Assembly (NCBI GenBank): GCA_041674185.1
Contig: JBAYWE010000004.1
Span: 186-64,185 of the forward strand
Reading direction: 5' to 3'
DNA from: Minisyncoccota bacterium
GTDB lineage: Bacteria; Patescibacteriota; Minisyncoccia; UBA6257; JAGOQP01
Length of the DNA: 64,000 bases
The notes below the pieces were generated by a model, which did no database searches, was not told the origin of the DNA, and saw only the letters and a list, made by a program, of their open reading frames with translations. Made by a program: the position numbers and the translations under genes. Shown here piece after piece: positions 41,265 to 51,287 of the stretch; position 1 is the first letter of the stretch, and the number at the start of each line of letters is the position of its first letter.

Positions 41265-41615
41265 GTGCCTATAATTAAAGTTTGGTGTCTTCCGGCCAGT
41301 CAATCTGAAGATGGTTTACGAATACTTCATAAGACTATCGTTCATGCGGTGGTTAGCGTATCAAAACTTGGTTTAAAAGACCAAAATGATATGACCTGCC
41401 TCTTTCCTCCCGATCTCATGAAATATGGGCTTGGAGAAGAAATTATTATTGAAGTGAGTGGATTATTCGAAAAACCAGAACGTACCGGCGAAGTTTTTCA
41501 GGAACTTGCAAAAAATCTCGGAGAAAGTGTACACGCACTATACCCCGATGCGAAAGTTGAATGTTTTATTCAGTCATTTAATCCGACGCAAGGATTTTGG
41601 ACTTCTGCGGGATAA
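41265..41615 (+). CDS. Tautomerase-superfamily-like protein
   Basis: SD AGGAGG, GTG start, N-terminal Pro (MPIIKV) and a beta-alpha-beta pattern. Confidence 0.55.
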   Translation: MPIIKVWCLPASQSEDGLRILHKTIVHAVVSVSKLGLKDQNDMTCLFPPDLMKYGLGEEIIIEVSGLFEKPERTGEVFQELAKNLGESVHALYPDAKVECFIQSFNPTQGFWTSAG

Positions 41616-41694
41616 TATATTCCAGTTGTTCTTTTTTAAAATCACCCGATTACGTTGGGTGATTTTTTTGAGTGAGAAAAAATAAAAAAGACCT

Positions 41695-42621
41695 TTATTT
41701 TTCTAATTCATCTTTAAGGAGAGGGACAATTTGCTTTCTCATAATTAAACTCGATCGTTCTGCAACTACTCCAATAAAATGTATATCTAAAATCTTTTCT
41801 AACAATTTTTGTGTTTCTGAGTCTTGAGTAACAAAAAAGTTTTTAGCACCCTCGAGTTCAATGGTATTTTGGAAGATATAATCTAACTTCATTTCTGTTT
41901 TGGTCTTTTCTAAAATCTGCACAATTTCATCACTTCTCTCATGTATAAGTTCTTCTGCTCCGATCATTTCAATTTGAGCAATACCAACATTCTTACCACC
42001 CATCACAAACCATGCAAAATTGTCCTCTATTTTTTCTGTAAGCTTATCACCTGATACGTCAGATTTTGCTATAAATAAATCTCTCCAAAAATCTTCAGGT
42101 AACTTCGCAATTTTATTGAGTTCCTCCACTACCGCTTTATCGCGATCAGTAGTTACTCCTCCTTTAAAATTAAGGGTGTTAGAAATTATTGCCCCACATA
42201 TAAGGGTGACTGATTCTTGAGAGATTTCAATCTTGTTTTGTATAAATTTTTCGGCAACTAAGGTAGCCGCCGCCCCAACAAGTTCAATATGTACCTTCGC
42301 GTGGGGAAACTTTTCTGCTTCATGAATTTTTCGATGATCTATAATTTCAATAACCTTCTCTGGTGCAATGTTACCCTCGAGACCATTGAGATCACTTGCG
42401 TCTACCAGAATTACTTTTTCATAGTTATCAGCATTCAAAATTAATTTTGGATATGAAAAACCAAAACGATTAAGAATGTATCTTGCCTCATCTTGCGGTT
42501 CACCCATAATCCCTACTTCACACTCGGTACCCATCTTCTTTAAAAATTCTGCATACCCAATCGCCCCCGCTACACCGTCGAGGTCTGGATTTACATAACA
42601 AGTTATAAGTATTGGCTTCAT
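41695..42621 (-). CDS. PpaC-like DHH/DHHA2 phosphoesterase (family II pyrophosphatase-like)
   Basis: NPDLD, VILVD, IIDH, VGAAAT, GAIISNTL, VGIAQIE and MRKQIVP. Confidence 0.78.
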   Translation of the reverse strand: MKPILITCYVNPDLDGVAGAIGYAEFLKKMGTECEVGIMGEPQDEARYILNRFGFSYPKLILNADNYEKVILVDASDLNGLEGNIAPEKVIEIIDHRKIHEAEKFPHAKVHIELVGAAATLVAEKFIQNKIEISQESVTLICGAIISNTLNFKGGVTTDRDKAVVEELNKIAKLPEDFWRDLFIAKSDVSGDKLTEKIEDNFAWFVMGGKNVGIAQIEMIGAEELIHERSDEIVQILEKTKTEMKLDYIFQNTIELEGAKNFFVTQDSETQKLLEKILDIHFIGVVAERSSLIMRKQIVPLLKDELEK

Positions 42622-42708
42622 GAGTTAATTATAGCCGAGATTCAAGGGTTTTGGTAAGGGTATTTTAGCACTATTGTGAGGTGGTTGGGAATGGTATAAT
42701 CCGCTTAT

Positions 42709-43116
42709 ATGCGTATCGTTGGAATTATACAAATAACAGAAGATAAATTTTTACTTCTACACCGCGTGAAACCACATGAGGATTATTTTACATTTCCCGG
42801 AGGAGCGATAGAAAAAGGAGAGGATGGGGTAGACGCCCTCAGACGTGAAATGCAAGAAGAATTAAGCATTAGTGATATACAAGTTAGAAAAGCATTTGAA
42901 TTAACAAATAGAGGGAACCAAGAACATTGGTATTATGTAGACGGATACAGAGGAGTGCCAATAATTAGTGGACCCGAAAAAGAACGCATGAGCGAACAGA
43001 ATCAATATCTTATAGAATACAAATCTCTTGAAGAAATGAAGGCTCTGGATAATTTCTTCCCTAAAGAAGCGATAGAGATGATAGAGAAAAGTCTTGAGAC
43101 AGAATCAAATCCATAG
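42709..43116 (+). CDS. NUDIX hydrolase
   Basis: Nudix box GGAIEKGEDGVDALRREMQEE. Confidence 0.9.
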   Translation: MRIVGIIQITEDKFLLLHRVKPHEDYFTFPGGAIEKGEDGVDALRREMQEELSISDIQVRKAFELTNRGNQEHWYYVDGYRGVPIISGPEKERMSEQNQYLIEYKSLEEMKALDNFFPKEAIEMIEKSLETESNP

Positions 43117-43117
43117 T

Positions 43118-43450
43118 CTATATACGTTTCACTCGTATCCCAACAACGCCATGTTGTTTCTCTTCTTCTGGAGAATAATATTTATATATCTGCATTAATT
43201 CTTCTTCATCTTTGCCACCAAAAACTTCTGGGGTGTCCGTATCGTATAACTCTGAGAATGTCGGCTTGATAATAAGATCAATAATTTTTACTCTTAGTTT
43301 TTCTTCTGGGTTTTCTCGGTTTTCAAATTCAATCTCGTCTCCAATAGAAAGAAGGCGCCTCTTTTCATCGTTTATTCTTGTCTCTATTATTTGCTTCCCG
43401 CTCTTTATGAGATTAAACGGGTGAGAATGTAGATGCATGTGGTGGGGCAT
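43118..43450 (-). CDS. ASCH domain protein
   Basis: PFNLIKSGKQIIETR.ND.KR...GD.I.F. Confidence 0.88.
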   Translation of the reverse strand: MPHHMHLHSHPFNLIKSGKQIIETRINDEKRRLLSIGDEIEFENRENPEEKLRVKIIDLIIKPTFSELYDTDTPEVFGGKDEEELMQIYKYYSPEEEKQHGVVGIRVKRI

Positions 43451-43499
43451 AGTGGGGGGGTGATAGGTCTATGTTTTCACAAAATTATTTTACGCAACT

Positions 43500-46400
43500 C
43501 TATACAGGTAAATATTCACGATAAACTCGTACCGTTTCTTGATAAATTGATTCTATTAAACGTTCTGCCTGTATCTGTTCCACAAAACCTTTTTGGATTA
43601 AAAGTAATCTTACATTCTGACGAATACGTGCTTTTATAGTCTCATTATTTGTCCAATCAATTGCAAGATCGCGGCGTATTCGCTTTGTGAGATCTTTTAC
43701 AAATTCTTTTATATCAATCCCTGCATTTTTAAGATCTGGATCTGCAATAAGAGTATCATAAAAAACAATCTCTTCAGAAGACAAGCCAAGATTTACACTT
43801 TCTTGATCTAACTTTTTTATTTCATCCGCTATCTCAAGGAGGCGTTTTATAATCTCTGCCGAGCTAATAACATTGTTCTCATATTTTTCTATAAGATCAG
43901 TAAGAAGAGTGATCATTGTTTCATATCTTGCTTTATTTTTTCTCATTCGTGCAACAATCTCTTTATTAAGTAATTTACGAATCACGTCGACTGCAAAGTT
44001 CTTAAACTTCACCTTCTTTATTTCTTCGCTAAATCGCGGATCAAAAATAGAAATGGTTTCTTTTTCTCCATCTTCATTTGCAAATAAATCTATAACTCCT
44101 TCTGCCTGTATTGTGTCCTGAATTAAATTGCGAATAGCACTTTCGGTCTCTTCAGGAAATATAGCATGAGGCACAACTGTTTGTTTATTAATTGCACCAC
44201 GAATTGCTTGAAAAAACTGTATATCAGTAGCGATGTTCATTGCTTCTTCTCCGGGCATAACTAGCGCGTGTAATTTTGAGAGTTTTGAAACTGCACCTAT
44301 ATATTTCATCTTTCTATCATCCGAGAGAATCCCATGATCTGAGATTACTTCGTTGATACTAGCTTGAAATAATTCCACCAGTTCAATGCCTTTCTTCTTT
44401 TTCCATTCTGAAAAAGAAACATTTCCAAAGAAATCACTTGTTGTCTGATAAAGTTTTTTCATCTCTAAAATAACCTCATCAAGAGGGATGAGTGCGTTCC
44501 GCTGAACATCCGAATCATAAATGGCAAGCGCCTTTTTTAGGTTATCTGCGACACCGATATAATCAACAATAAGTCCACCTGGTTTGTCTTTATAAACACG
44601 ATTTACACGGGCAATTGCCTGCATAAGCCCATGATTCTTGAGTGGTTTATCAAGATACATGGTATGTAGGTTTGGGACATCAAATCCAGTAAGCCACATA
44701 TCACATACGATAGCGATTTTTAGTGGATCATTTGTTTTCCTAAAATGTTTTTCTAACTTCTTTACGTCTCGTTCAGTTTGAATGTCTGATGCAAAATCTT
44801 CACTTTTTGAAATAACTACTGCACACTCTGGAGCCCCTGGTATTTTTTTAATTGCATTATACATTTGAACCGCAATAGAACGGCTCATGGTAACCACCAT
44901 CGCTTTACCTTCAATAGGACGAATAGTGTAGTGAGCAACTATATCTTTTGCAATTTGTTCAATACGGCTTGGTGCACCAACTACTTTTTCTAATACTGCC
45001 CATTCTTTTTGAGCTCGCATTCTTTCGTCAATCACAATCTCACCCAAAAGATCATCGAGTTTACTATCAATAAATCTATCCGCTAAATGAAGTGGAATAA
45101 GACGTCCTTCATAGAAAATTGGAACCGTCGCACCATCTTTTACTGCCTGTCCGATTTTATATGAACTCACAATATCTCCAAATACACGAACTGTATCGTG
45201 ATCATTATGAGAAATGGGGGTTCCTGTTACACCCAAAAAGCTCACGTGAGGAAGTGCGCGACGGACGTTTCCTGCAAGCATACTATATTGAGTGCGATGT
45301 GCCTCATCAGTAAGTACAATAATATTTTCTCTCTCAGTAAGAACATTGTGTGCATCTGGATCTTCTTGAAATTTTTGGATTGTAGTAAAAATAAGCTCAC
45401 TTCCCAGATGAGAGAGTTTATCTTTTAGATCTTTTATTGTCGTGGCTCGTTTTGCGAGAGTACCATATCCTGTACGACTAAATGTTTTAAATAACTGATC
45501 ATCAAGATCTTCGCGATCAGTAAGAAACACATATGCAGGACTTTTTAGTTCCGGAATACTTTTTGTCTTATTTACATAAAAAACCATAGAGAGTGACTTA
45601 CCAGATCCTTGCGTGTGCCAAAAAACACCGATCTTTCGATCTTGATTACCAAGCACTGAATGAATTGTGCTTTCAATAGTTTTGTTTACTCCATAATATT
45701 GGTGATAAAGTGCCATCTTCTTTGTATAAGTCACCGCATCTCCATCACTATCCGCCTCAAAGATGGTAAAGTTTTGAATAACATCAAGTAAGCGGACTTT
45801 ATCAAAAAGACCTTTTGTTAATACCTCAAGTTGAGTGGTGTCTCTTGGTGAATCATTTTCTAATTCAATTCCCTTCCATGTTCCGTATCTTTCCCACGAT
45901 GAAGATATTGTTCCGTGTCGAGCGTCAGTTAAATCACTTAGACAAATAATTTGGTTATATAAAAATAGTTTTGGAATTTCTTTTTTGTAATATTCAATAT
46001 CTCGATATGCTTGTCCAATTGATGCTTGTTCACGAGTGGGGCTTTTAAGTTCAAACACTCCAAGGGGGATACCATTTACAAATAAAACAGCATCTAGGCG
46101 ACATATATTATCAATCCCCTGAACAGTGAATTGATTCACTATAAGAAACTCATTTGCCTCTGGGTTTGAGAAATTAATAAGCTTTACCAATTCCGTTTTT
46201 TCTTCTCCGTCTTCTTTCCATGTTTTTTTCACTCCTTCGGTAATATTAAAATATATCTCTCTATTGCCCAGCATAAGATCGGGGTTGTGGAAACTAGAAA
46301 TATCATTCACTACCTGTTCTGCCTGCATTTGGGGAAGTTGTGGATTTAAACGACGAACAGCACCAAGGAGATGATTTTTTAGCACAACCTCACGGAAGTT

Positions 46401-46523
46401 TTCACGTTCCGCATTGGGTTGTCCTGGATTTATCTCTGGACCATATAAGTACTCATAACCCTGGCTTTGTAGCCATTGGATAAGAGATTGTTCTGTTAAG
46501 TTATTTTCGTTAAGGGGGTTCAT
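43500..46523 (-). CDS. hsdR: Type I restriction endonuclease subunit R
   Basis: LDAVLFVNGIPL..FELK, HTQGSGKS, DEAHR, TGTP, MWLTGFD and QAIARVNR. Confidence 0.95.
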   Translation of the reverse strand: MNPLNENNLTEQSLIQWLQSQGYEYLYGPEINPGQPNAERENFREVVLKNHLLGAVRRLNPQLPQMQAEQVVNDISSFHNPDLMLGNREIYFNITEGVKKTWKEDGEEKTELVKLINFSNPEANEFLIVNQFTVQGIDNICRLDAVLFVNGIPLGVFELKSPTREQASIGQAYRDIEYYKKEIPKLFLYNQIICLSDLTDARHGTISSSWERYGTWKGIELENDSPRDTTQLEVLTKGLFDKVRLLDVIQNFTIFEADSDGDAVTYTKKMALYHQYYGVNKTIESTIHSVLGNQDRKIGVFWHTQGSGKSLSMVFYVNKTKSIPELKSPAYVFLTDREDLDDQLFKTFSRTGYGTLAKRATTIKDLKDKLSHLGSELIFTTIQKFQEDPDAHNVLTERENIIVLTDEAHRTQYSMLAGNVRRALPHVSFLGVTGTPISHNDHDTVRVFGDIVSSYKIGQAVKDGATVPIFYEGRLIPLHLADRFIDSKLDDLLGEIVIDERMRAQKEWAVLEKVVGAPSRIEQIAKDIVAHYTIRPIEGKAMVVTMSRSIAVQMYNAIKKIPGAPECAVVISKSEDFASDIQTERDVKKLEKHFRKTNDPLKIAIVCDMWLTGFDVPNLHTMYLDKPLKNHGLMQAIARVNRVYKDKPGGLIVDYIGVADNLKKALAIYDSDVQRNALIPLDEVILEMKKLYQTTSDFFGNVSFSEWKKKKGIELVELFQASINEVISDHGILSDDRKMKYIGAVSKLSKLHALVMPGEEAMNIATDIQFFQAIRGAINKQTVVPHAIFPEETESAIRNLIQDTIQAEGVIDLFANEDGEKETISIFDPRFSEEIKKVKFKNFAVDVIRKLLNKEIVARMRKNKARYETMITLLTDLIEKYENNVISSAEIIKRLLEIADEIKKLDQESVNLGLSSEEIVFYDTLIADPDLKNAGIDIKEFVKDLTKRIRRDLAIDWTNNETIKARIRQNVRLLLIQKGFVEQIQAERLIESIYQETVRVYREYLPV

Positions 46524-47383
46524 GATGTGTGTATTCTTGAAACCATATCTTTTACATCAGACATCATTTCTTTTATATCTGATAAAACAGGAATTGTCGA
46601 TTTATTCCCCACAATTTCTTTTGTCTCATTTTGTCTTATATTTGTCATCGGCGATGAATAAAGTTTACCAATCGCATCTAGTATAAAATCAAGCTTTTTC
46701 TTATATTCATCATCGTCTTTATCAGAGAATAGATTCTCAACTATCTCCTTGTAAGCTTCTAGGGAACGGGCGATAGAGGCCTTAAACTCATATTCTTCAA
46801 TTAATTTTTCTCCTCGTGAATATTGTCCGCTGATAAAGATTTCAAAAAATATAATTGGAGACGTAGCTGCTAGTTTAACTAAAAAATTTATCTCAAATAT
46901 ATTTCCGCCATTAGATGTCTGCCAGATAACTATTCCAGCAACCGATAAAAGAAGAGCCATACTAGTACCGAATAACCACCAAAACCAACTCTTATTACTT
47001 AATTTTAATCCGTCTCTAACCTTATCGAATGAATTGGAAAGTTTTTCATTAGAAATAGTTCCCAATTGTTGTAGTGAAAGACTTTGGATTTCGTCACTTT
47101 TTGTTTTAAGTTCATCTACTACTTTCTTGGTTTCTTCGGTTAAGGTTTGCTGTTCCTTGGTGGTCTCTTTTAAAGTAGCAATTTCCCCAATCAAGTTTTC
47201 TAGCTCTTCCTTCTTTTTAGGAATCGCATCTATATTTTCTTTTTGTGCTTGTACTTCAGCAATTAATGTATCTATTACTTGTTTTTGGGTGATAAAATTT
47301 TGTACTAAAGCGTTAAGATCTCCTAGCGCCCTTAGGTTTTGATCTATATCTGCTAACTTTTGTTGTACTTCTTTTGTTTTCAT
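46520..47383 (-). CDS. Coiled-coil plus 2-TM protein embedded in the R-M operon
   Basis: N-terminal heptads, two TM helices and EEYEFKASIA; ATGA overlap with hsdR. Confidence 0.75.
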   Translation of the reverse strand: MKTKEVQQKLADIDQNLRALGDLNALVQNFITQKQVIDTLIAEVQAQKENIDAIPKKKEELENLIGEIATLKETTKEQQTLTEETKKVVDELKTKSDEIQSLSLQQLGTISNEKLSNSFDKVRDGLKLSNKSWFWWLFGTSMALLLSVAGIVIWQTSNGGNIFEINFLVKLAATSPIIFFEIFISGQYSRGEKLIEEYEFKASIARSLEAYKEIVENLFSDKDDDEYKKKLDFILDAIGKLYSSPMTNIRQNETKEIVGNKSTIPVLSDIKEMMSDVKDMVSRIHTS

Positions 47384-47387
47384 AAAT

Positions 47388-48608
47388 TTAAATTAATTTT
47401 GCTAATAATTGATCTCTGGATTGTTTTAATTTTTGATTTTCGAGGAGAGATTCTTTTATAAAATTAAACATCGGTTTTATAGTTCCATTAAAACTATAAG
47501 TAATGTTTTCTAGAGGTATTAACATTTTATAATTTTCTATTAATTGCTTATTAATATGTTGCTGGGCACCACCAGATGCTCCTGAAATTATATCTAAAAT
47601 ATTATTTTTGATACATAAATATATATATTCATTTAAAATATTATTTTCGTCATATATACCAACAACTGATTGATTAGCTGTTGATTCAATCTCAAGACGA
47701 CTGACTTGCCCAAGTGTGGCTCCAGTTATAGCAAGGAGGGTTGTCCCTGAATTCATTATGCTTGCATTAGATTTTTTAAGACCTGCTTCTGATATATACT
47801 CGGTTGCTTTAATAATTCTGAGGTTATTTATTTCGCCAGAATTGATCCATGGAATGCTCCCTCCCCAGAATTCTTTTTTATCTCTCGATGGGGTTCCTCC
47901 TAGTGTAACGGTTGCTAATCGTGATATTTTTTTCATTTCCCACCCTTCAGGAATTTTTCCCATTTCGCTATCAATCATTTTTACTTTTTCATAACCTGGA
48001 AAATGAAAGTTTACAAACCATTCATTAAAAATAGTTTGTGCTGTGGTTTCAAGATTTTTAATTATCTTATTGTTGTTTTCAATTTTCTCATCATATGCAC
48101 TTAAAATTTCTGAAATCTTTTTTTGGATTGAGAGGTTTGGAATATTTATCTCGTAATCACGCAACTGTTCTAAAGATACATTTTTTATAGTACTACCAGA
48201 AGCATTATTTGTTATATGTTTTTTAAACCTATTATCTAATAGTACATAATAAAAATAATTTAAATCAAAACCATCACTAATATTGATATAGGAAACACTT
48301 TTACCTAGTATACATTTCTCGTTCTTGTATTTTGCTAAATTACCGATTGTTCCATTAATAGAAAGCAAAAGGGTTCTTTCAGTTAAATCTTTTTTGTGTT
48401 TAATGTATTCTGACTCATTTACTTTTTTTGTATCTTTTTTTATTGAAACATAACCATTATCTAAATTATTTCCATTAATAAAATAATATTCCCCATTGTC
48501 GTCATATACTGGAGTCCCATGTAAACCATCACCAATTCTACTGGTAACATCTATTAGTTTATAAGTGGCCCTCGGTATCTTTTCTATTTGTTTCAGTAAA
48601 TTGCTCAT
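47388..48608 (-). CDS. hsdS: Type I R-M specificity subunit
   Basis: Two TRDs with the conserved spacers P.L.IQKKISEIL.AYDEKIE.N, GKIPEGW and RDQLL.KL. Confidence 0.92.
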   Translation of the reverse strand: MSNLLKQIEKIPRATYKLIDVTSRIGDGLHGTPVYDDNGEYYFINGNNLDNGYVSIKKDTKKVNESEYIKHKKDLTERTLLLSINGTIGNLAKYKNEKCILGKSVSYINISDGFDLNYFYYVLLDNRFKKHITNNASGSTIKNVSLEQLRDYEINIPNLSIQKKISEILSAYDEKIENNNKIIKNLETTAQTIFNEWFVNFHFPGYEKVKMIDSEMGKIPEGWEMKKISRLATVTLGGTPSRDKKEFWGGSIPWINSGEINNLRIIKATEYISEAGLKKSNASIMNSGTTLLAITGATLGQVSRLEIESTANQSVVGIYDENNILNEYIYLCIKNNILDIISGASGGAQQHINKQLIENYKMLIPLENITYSFNGTIKPMFNFIKESLLENQKLKQSRDQLLAKLI

Positions 48609-48712
48609 ATTTTTGATCTGTGGATAACTCTTGATTTTGGTGGTGGTGAATGTTATACTCCTTTCATACCTGCCCGAGGTCAATTCGGGATAACTTTCCA
48701 CAAAAACCTGAC

Positions 48713-49378
48713 CTAGTCAGGTTTTTGTTTTTCTACCTTGGCAATATGCTTTTTAATATTCTGTGCATTTATGACTAAATCAGCCGACTCTCTGAATTTT
48801 GTCAAAATATATCCACCCTTCACTATAATCACTTTTTTACCTTTTCGTTTTAAGTAATTATTTAAATACACAAAATCAGCATCTCCAGAGAAAATACAGA
48901 AAGTATTATAGTGTTCAAGCATCTTTAGCGCATCTACAGAAATCTCTACATCAAAATTTGATTTTCTGATTTCTATAAATTTTTTGCCATCTATATCTGT
49001 TTTAACATATTTATCAGGAATATATTCGCCCGTCTCAAAATAATGCCTAATTTTTTGAATGTCTTTAGTCATTACATCTCTTTTGCCAAAAACTTTTCGC
49101 ATAACATAGGTAAAACTGAGAGACTTTTGATTTTTAGGATTTTCTCCATAGTAAATTCTCGCCCTCTCACTAAAAATATCCAAAAATGATTTAAGTTTTT
49201 CTAAGTCTATTGATAACTTCTCATCGGGAGCGAGGAGTTTATTCTCCCAGTCTTGATTGTCATTTTGAAACCACTTATTTACGTTTGAGAAATCGACAAA
49301 AGTGAAAATCTTCCCGTAATCTTCGGTGATCTGTAGCTCATCTTTGATAAACTTCTTTTTTAGGTCTTGCAAATCCAT
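48713..49378 (-). CDS. NYN (PIN-like, LabA/DUF88) domain putative RNase
   Basis: FVDFSNV, KSNFDVEISVD, FSGDADF and GKKVII. Confidence 0.85.
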   Translation of the reverse strand: MDLQDLKKKFIKDELQITEDYGKIFTFVDFSNVNKWFQNDNQDWENKLLAPDEKLSIDLEKLKSFLDIFSERARIYYGENPKNQKSLSFTYVMRKVFGKRDVMTKDIQKIRHYFETGEYIPDKYVKTDIDGKKFIEIRKSNFDVEISVDALKMLEHYNTFCIFSGDADFVYLNNYLKRKGKKVIIVKGGYILTKFRESADLVINAQNIKKHIAKVEKQKPD

Positions 49379-49382
49379 ATAT

Positions 49383-51164
49383 TTAAAATCCTAACTCTTT
49401 TAGATTTTTCTCAATATCTTTTTCTAATTCGCGGCCTTTTGTGAATGCTCCCCGCAATTCTTCTGAAAATTTTATCATCTTTTCTTCAAATGTAACTCCA
49501 TCATCCTCAACGTCTGCAAGTCCAACATAGCGTCCAGGAGTTAATGTATATCCATTTTTCTGTATTTCTTTTAAAGTTGCTGATTTACAAAAACCTGAAA
49601 TATTTTTATATTCCCCAACCTCTTGTTCACCCCGCCACGCACGAACGGTGTCCGCAATTTTTTGAATTTGTTCTTTATTGAAAATCACTTGTTTACGAGA
49701 AATTTGTTCAAAAGTATCTCGTGCATCAATGAATAATGTTTCTCCAGTGCGTTTACGAAAACGATCACCATTTTTGTTTCTAGCCAAAAACCAAAGGGAT
49801 ACAGGAAGCGAAACATTATAGAAAAGTTTTGATGGACATGAAATAATAACGTCAACCATATCTGCTTCAATAAGTTTTTGTCTTAGTTCACCCTCTTTAC
49901 CGGATACAGCAAGGGCACCATTTGGCATAACGAATCCAGCATTACCATTTGGTGCTAAATGGTGAGCAAAATGTTGTACCCACATGAAATTCGCATTGCC
50001 ACTCGGTGGAGTGCCCAATGTTATGCGCGGATCATTATCGGCAAGTTTGGATGGTTCCCAATCTGCATTAAATGGAGGATTAGCAATAACAAAATCTGCC
50101 TGCAAATGAGGGAATTTGTCTTGATAATAAGTATTTCCTAATTCAATTTTTCCAGATAGACCACGAATTGCAAGGTTCATTTTACAAAGTCGCAAGGTTG
50201 TTGGATTGCTTTCTTGTCCGTTAATTGCAAGTCGTGACGAATCCTGATGATGATCTCGCAAGAACTCACCCATGGATACAAACATTCCTCCACTTCCACA
50301 TGCGGGATCAAGTACTCGAGCATTTTCATATGGTTCAAGAATCTCTACTAAAAGTTTAACAATAGATCGTGGGGTAAAAAATTCTCCTCCACGCTTACCT
50401 TCGGATGAAGCAAATTGACCAAGAAAATATTCATAGATACGTCCGAGGATATCCTTCTCTCTATCAAAGTTGTGATCAAACGAAATACGAGAAAAGATAT
50501 TTATAAGTTCACCAATTACTGCATGATCAAGAGTTGTTCTTGTATAAATTTTAGGAAGCACTCCTTCAAGTTCTGTTAAGTTATCACTCTCAATATAATC
50601 CATTGCCTTATCAAGAATCTGTCCAATATCTGATTGCATTGTTTTTGTCTGCAAATATTCCCAACGAGATTTTTCGGGGACATAAAATACTCCAGCGCTT
50701 TTATAAAAATCTTTTGTCTCAAGAATTTGAGCTCGAGCTTTTTCATCTGCAACATAAAATTCTTCATTTTTAGGATCATGAGTGAGCTCATCAAGTTTCT
50801 CGCGTCTTTTATAGAATGCATCTGAAATATATTTTAAGAAGAGAAGACCAAGTACAATATTTTTATACTCGGAAACATCAATGTTACCACGAAGCTTATC
50901 TGCTGCGGCCCAAAGTTCTTTTTCAAAATCAAGATCTTTATGATGATTTTTTTCCAAAACCTTCTTTGTTGTCTTCTTTTGTTCGCCTCTAATGCGTTCT
51001 TGGAGTTCGGGGGGGAGAGTTGACCTAGGAATGAGGTAGTTGCGACCCATTTTCTGAGCCGGTATCTTTCCTTCGGAAATCTGTTTATGCACCGCAATAC
51101 GGCTTATCCCGAGCATTTTTGCCATCTCTGCAGAGGTTATGAACTGTGATTTGTGTGTTTCCAT
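49383..51164 (-). CDS. hsdM: Type I R-M N6-adenine methyltransferase with N-terminal HTH
   Basis: LWAAADKLRG, GEFFTP, DPACGSGG and NPPF; N-terminal ITSAEMAKMLGISRIAVHKQI..GKIPAQK.G (excisionase/HTH_17-like). Confidence 0.94.
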   Translation of the reverse strand: METHKSQFITSAEMAKMLGISRIAVHKQISEGKIPAQKMGRNYLIPRSTLPPELQERIRGEQKKTTKKVLEKNHHKDLDFEKELWAAADKLRGNIDVSEYKNIVLGLLFLKYISDAFYKRREKLDELTHDPKNEEFYVADEKARAQILETKDFYKSAGVFYVPEKSRWEYLQTKTMQSDIGQILDKAMDYIESDNLTELEGVLPKIYTRTTLDHAVIGELINIFSRISFDHNFDREKDILGRIYEYFLGQFASSEGKRGGEFFTPRSIVKLLVEILEPYENARVLDPACGSGGMFVSMGEFLRDHHQDSSRLAINGQESNPTTLRLCKMNLAIRGLSGKIELGNTYYQDKFPHLQADFVIANPPFNADWEPSKLADNDPRITLGTPPSGNANFMWVQHFAHHLAPNGNAGFVMPNGALAVSGKEGELRQKLIEADMVDVIISCPSKLFYNVSLPVSLWFLARNKNGDRFRKRTGETLFIDARDTFEQISRKQVIFNKEQIQKIADTVRAWRGEQEVGEYKNISGFCKSATLKEIQKNGYTLTPGRYVGLADVEDDGVTFEEKMIKFSEELRGAFTKGRELEKDIEKNLKELGF

Positions 51165-51170
51165 GATCTT

Positions 51171-51215
51171 ATAATAGCACAAATTAATTTGGAATGCAAG
51201 TTAACATAGGTTAAC
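51171..51215 (-). promoter_or_regulatory. hsdM promoter with adjacent operator-like repeat
   Basis: TTGCAT-17 nt-TATTAT, with GTTAAC-N4-GTTAAC (51200-51215) abutting the -35 box. Confidence 0.55.
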
Positions 51216-51287
51216 CACACTATGGTAAAAGATCACTGTTATATGTGTATATTATTCAATACTCAATAATGATTGTTCTATAAACAT

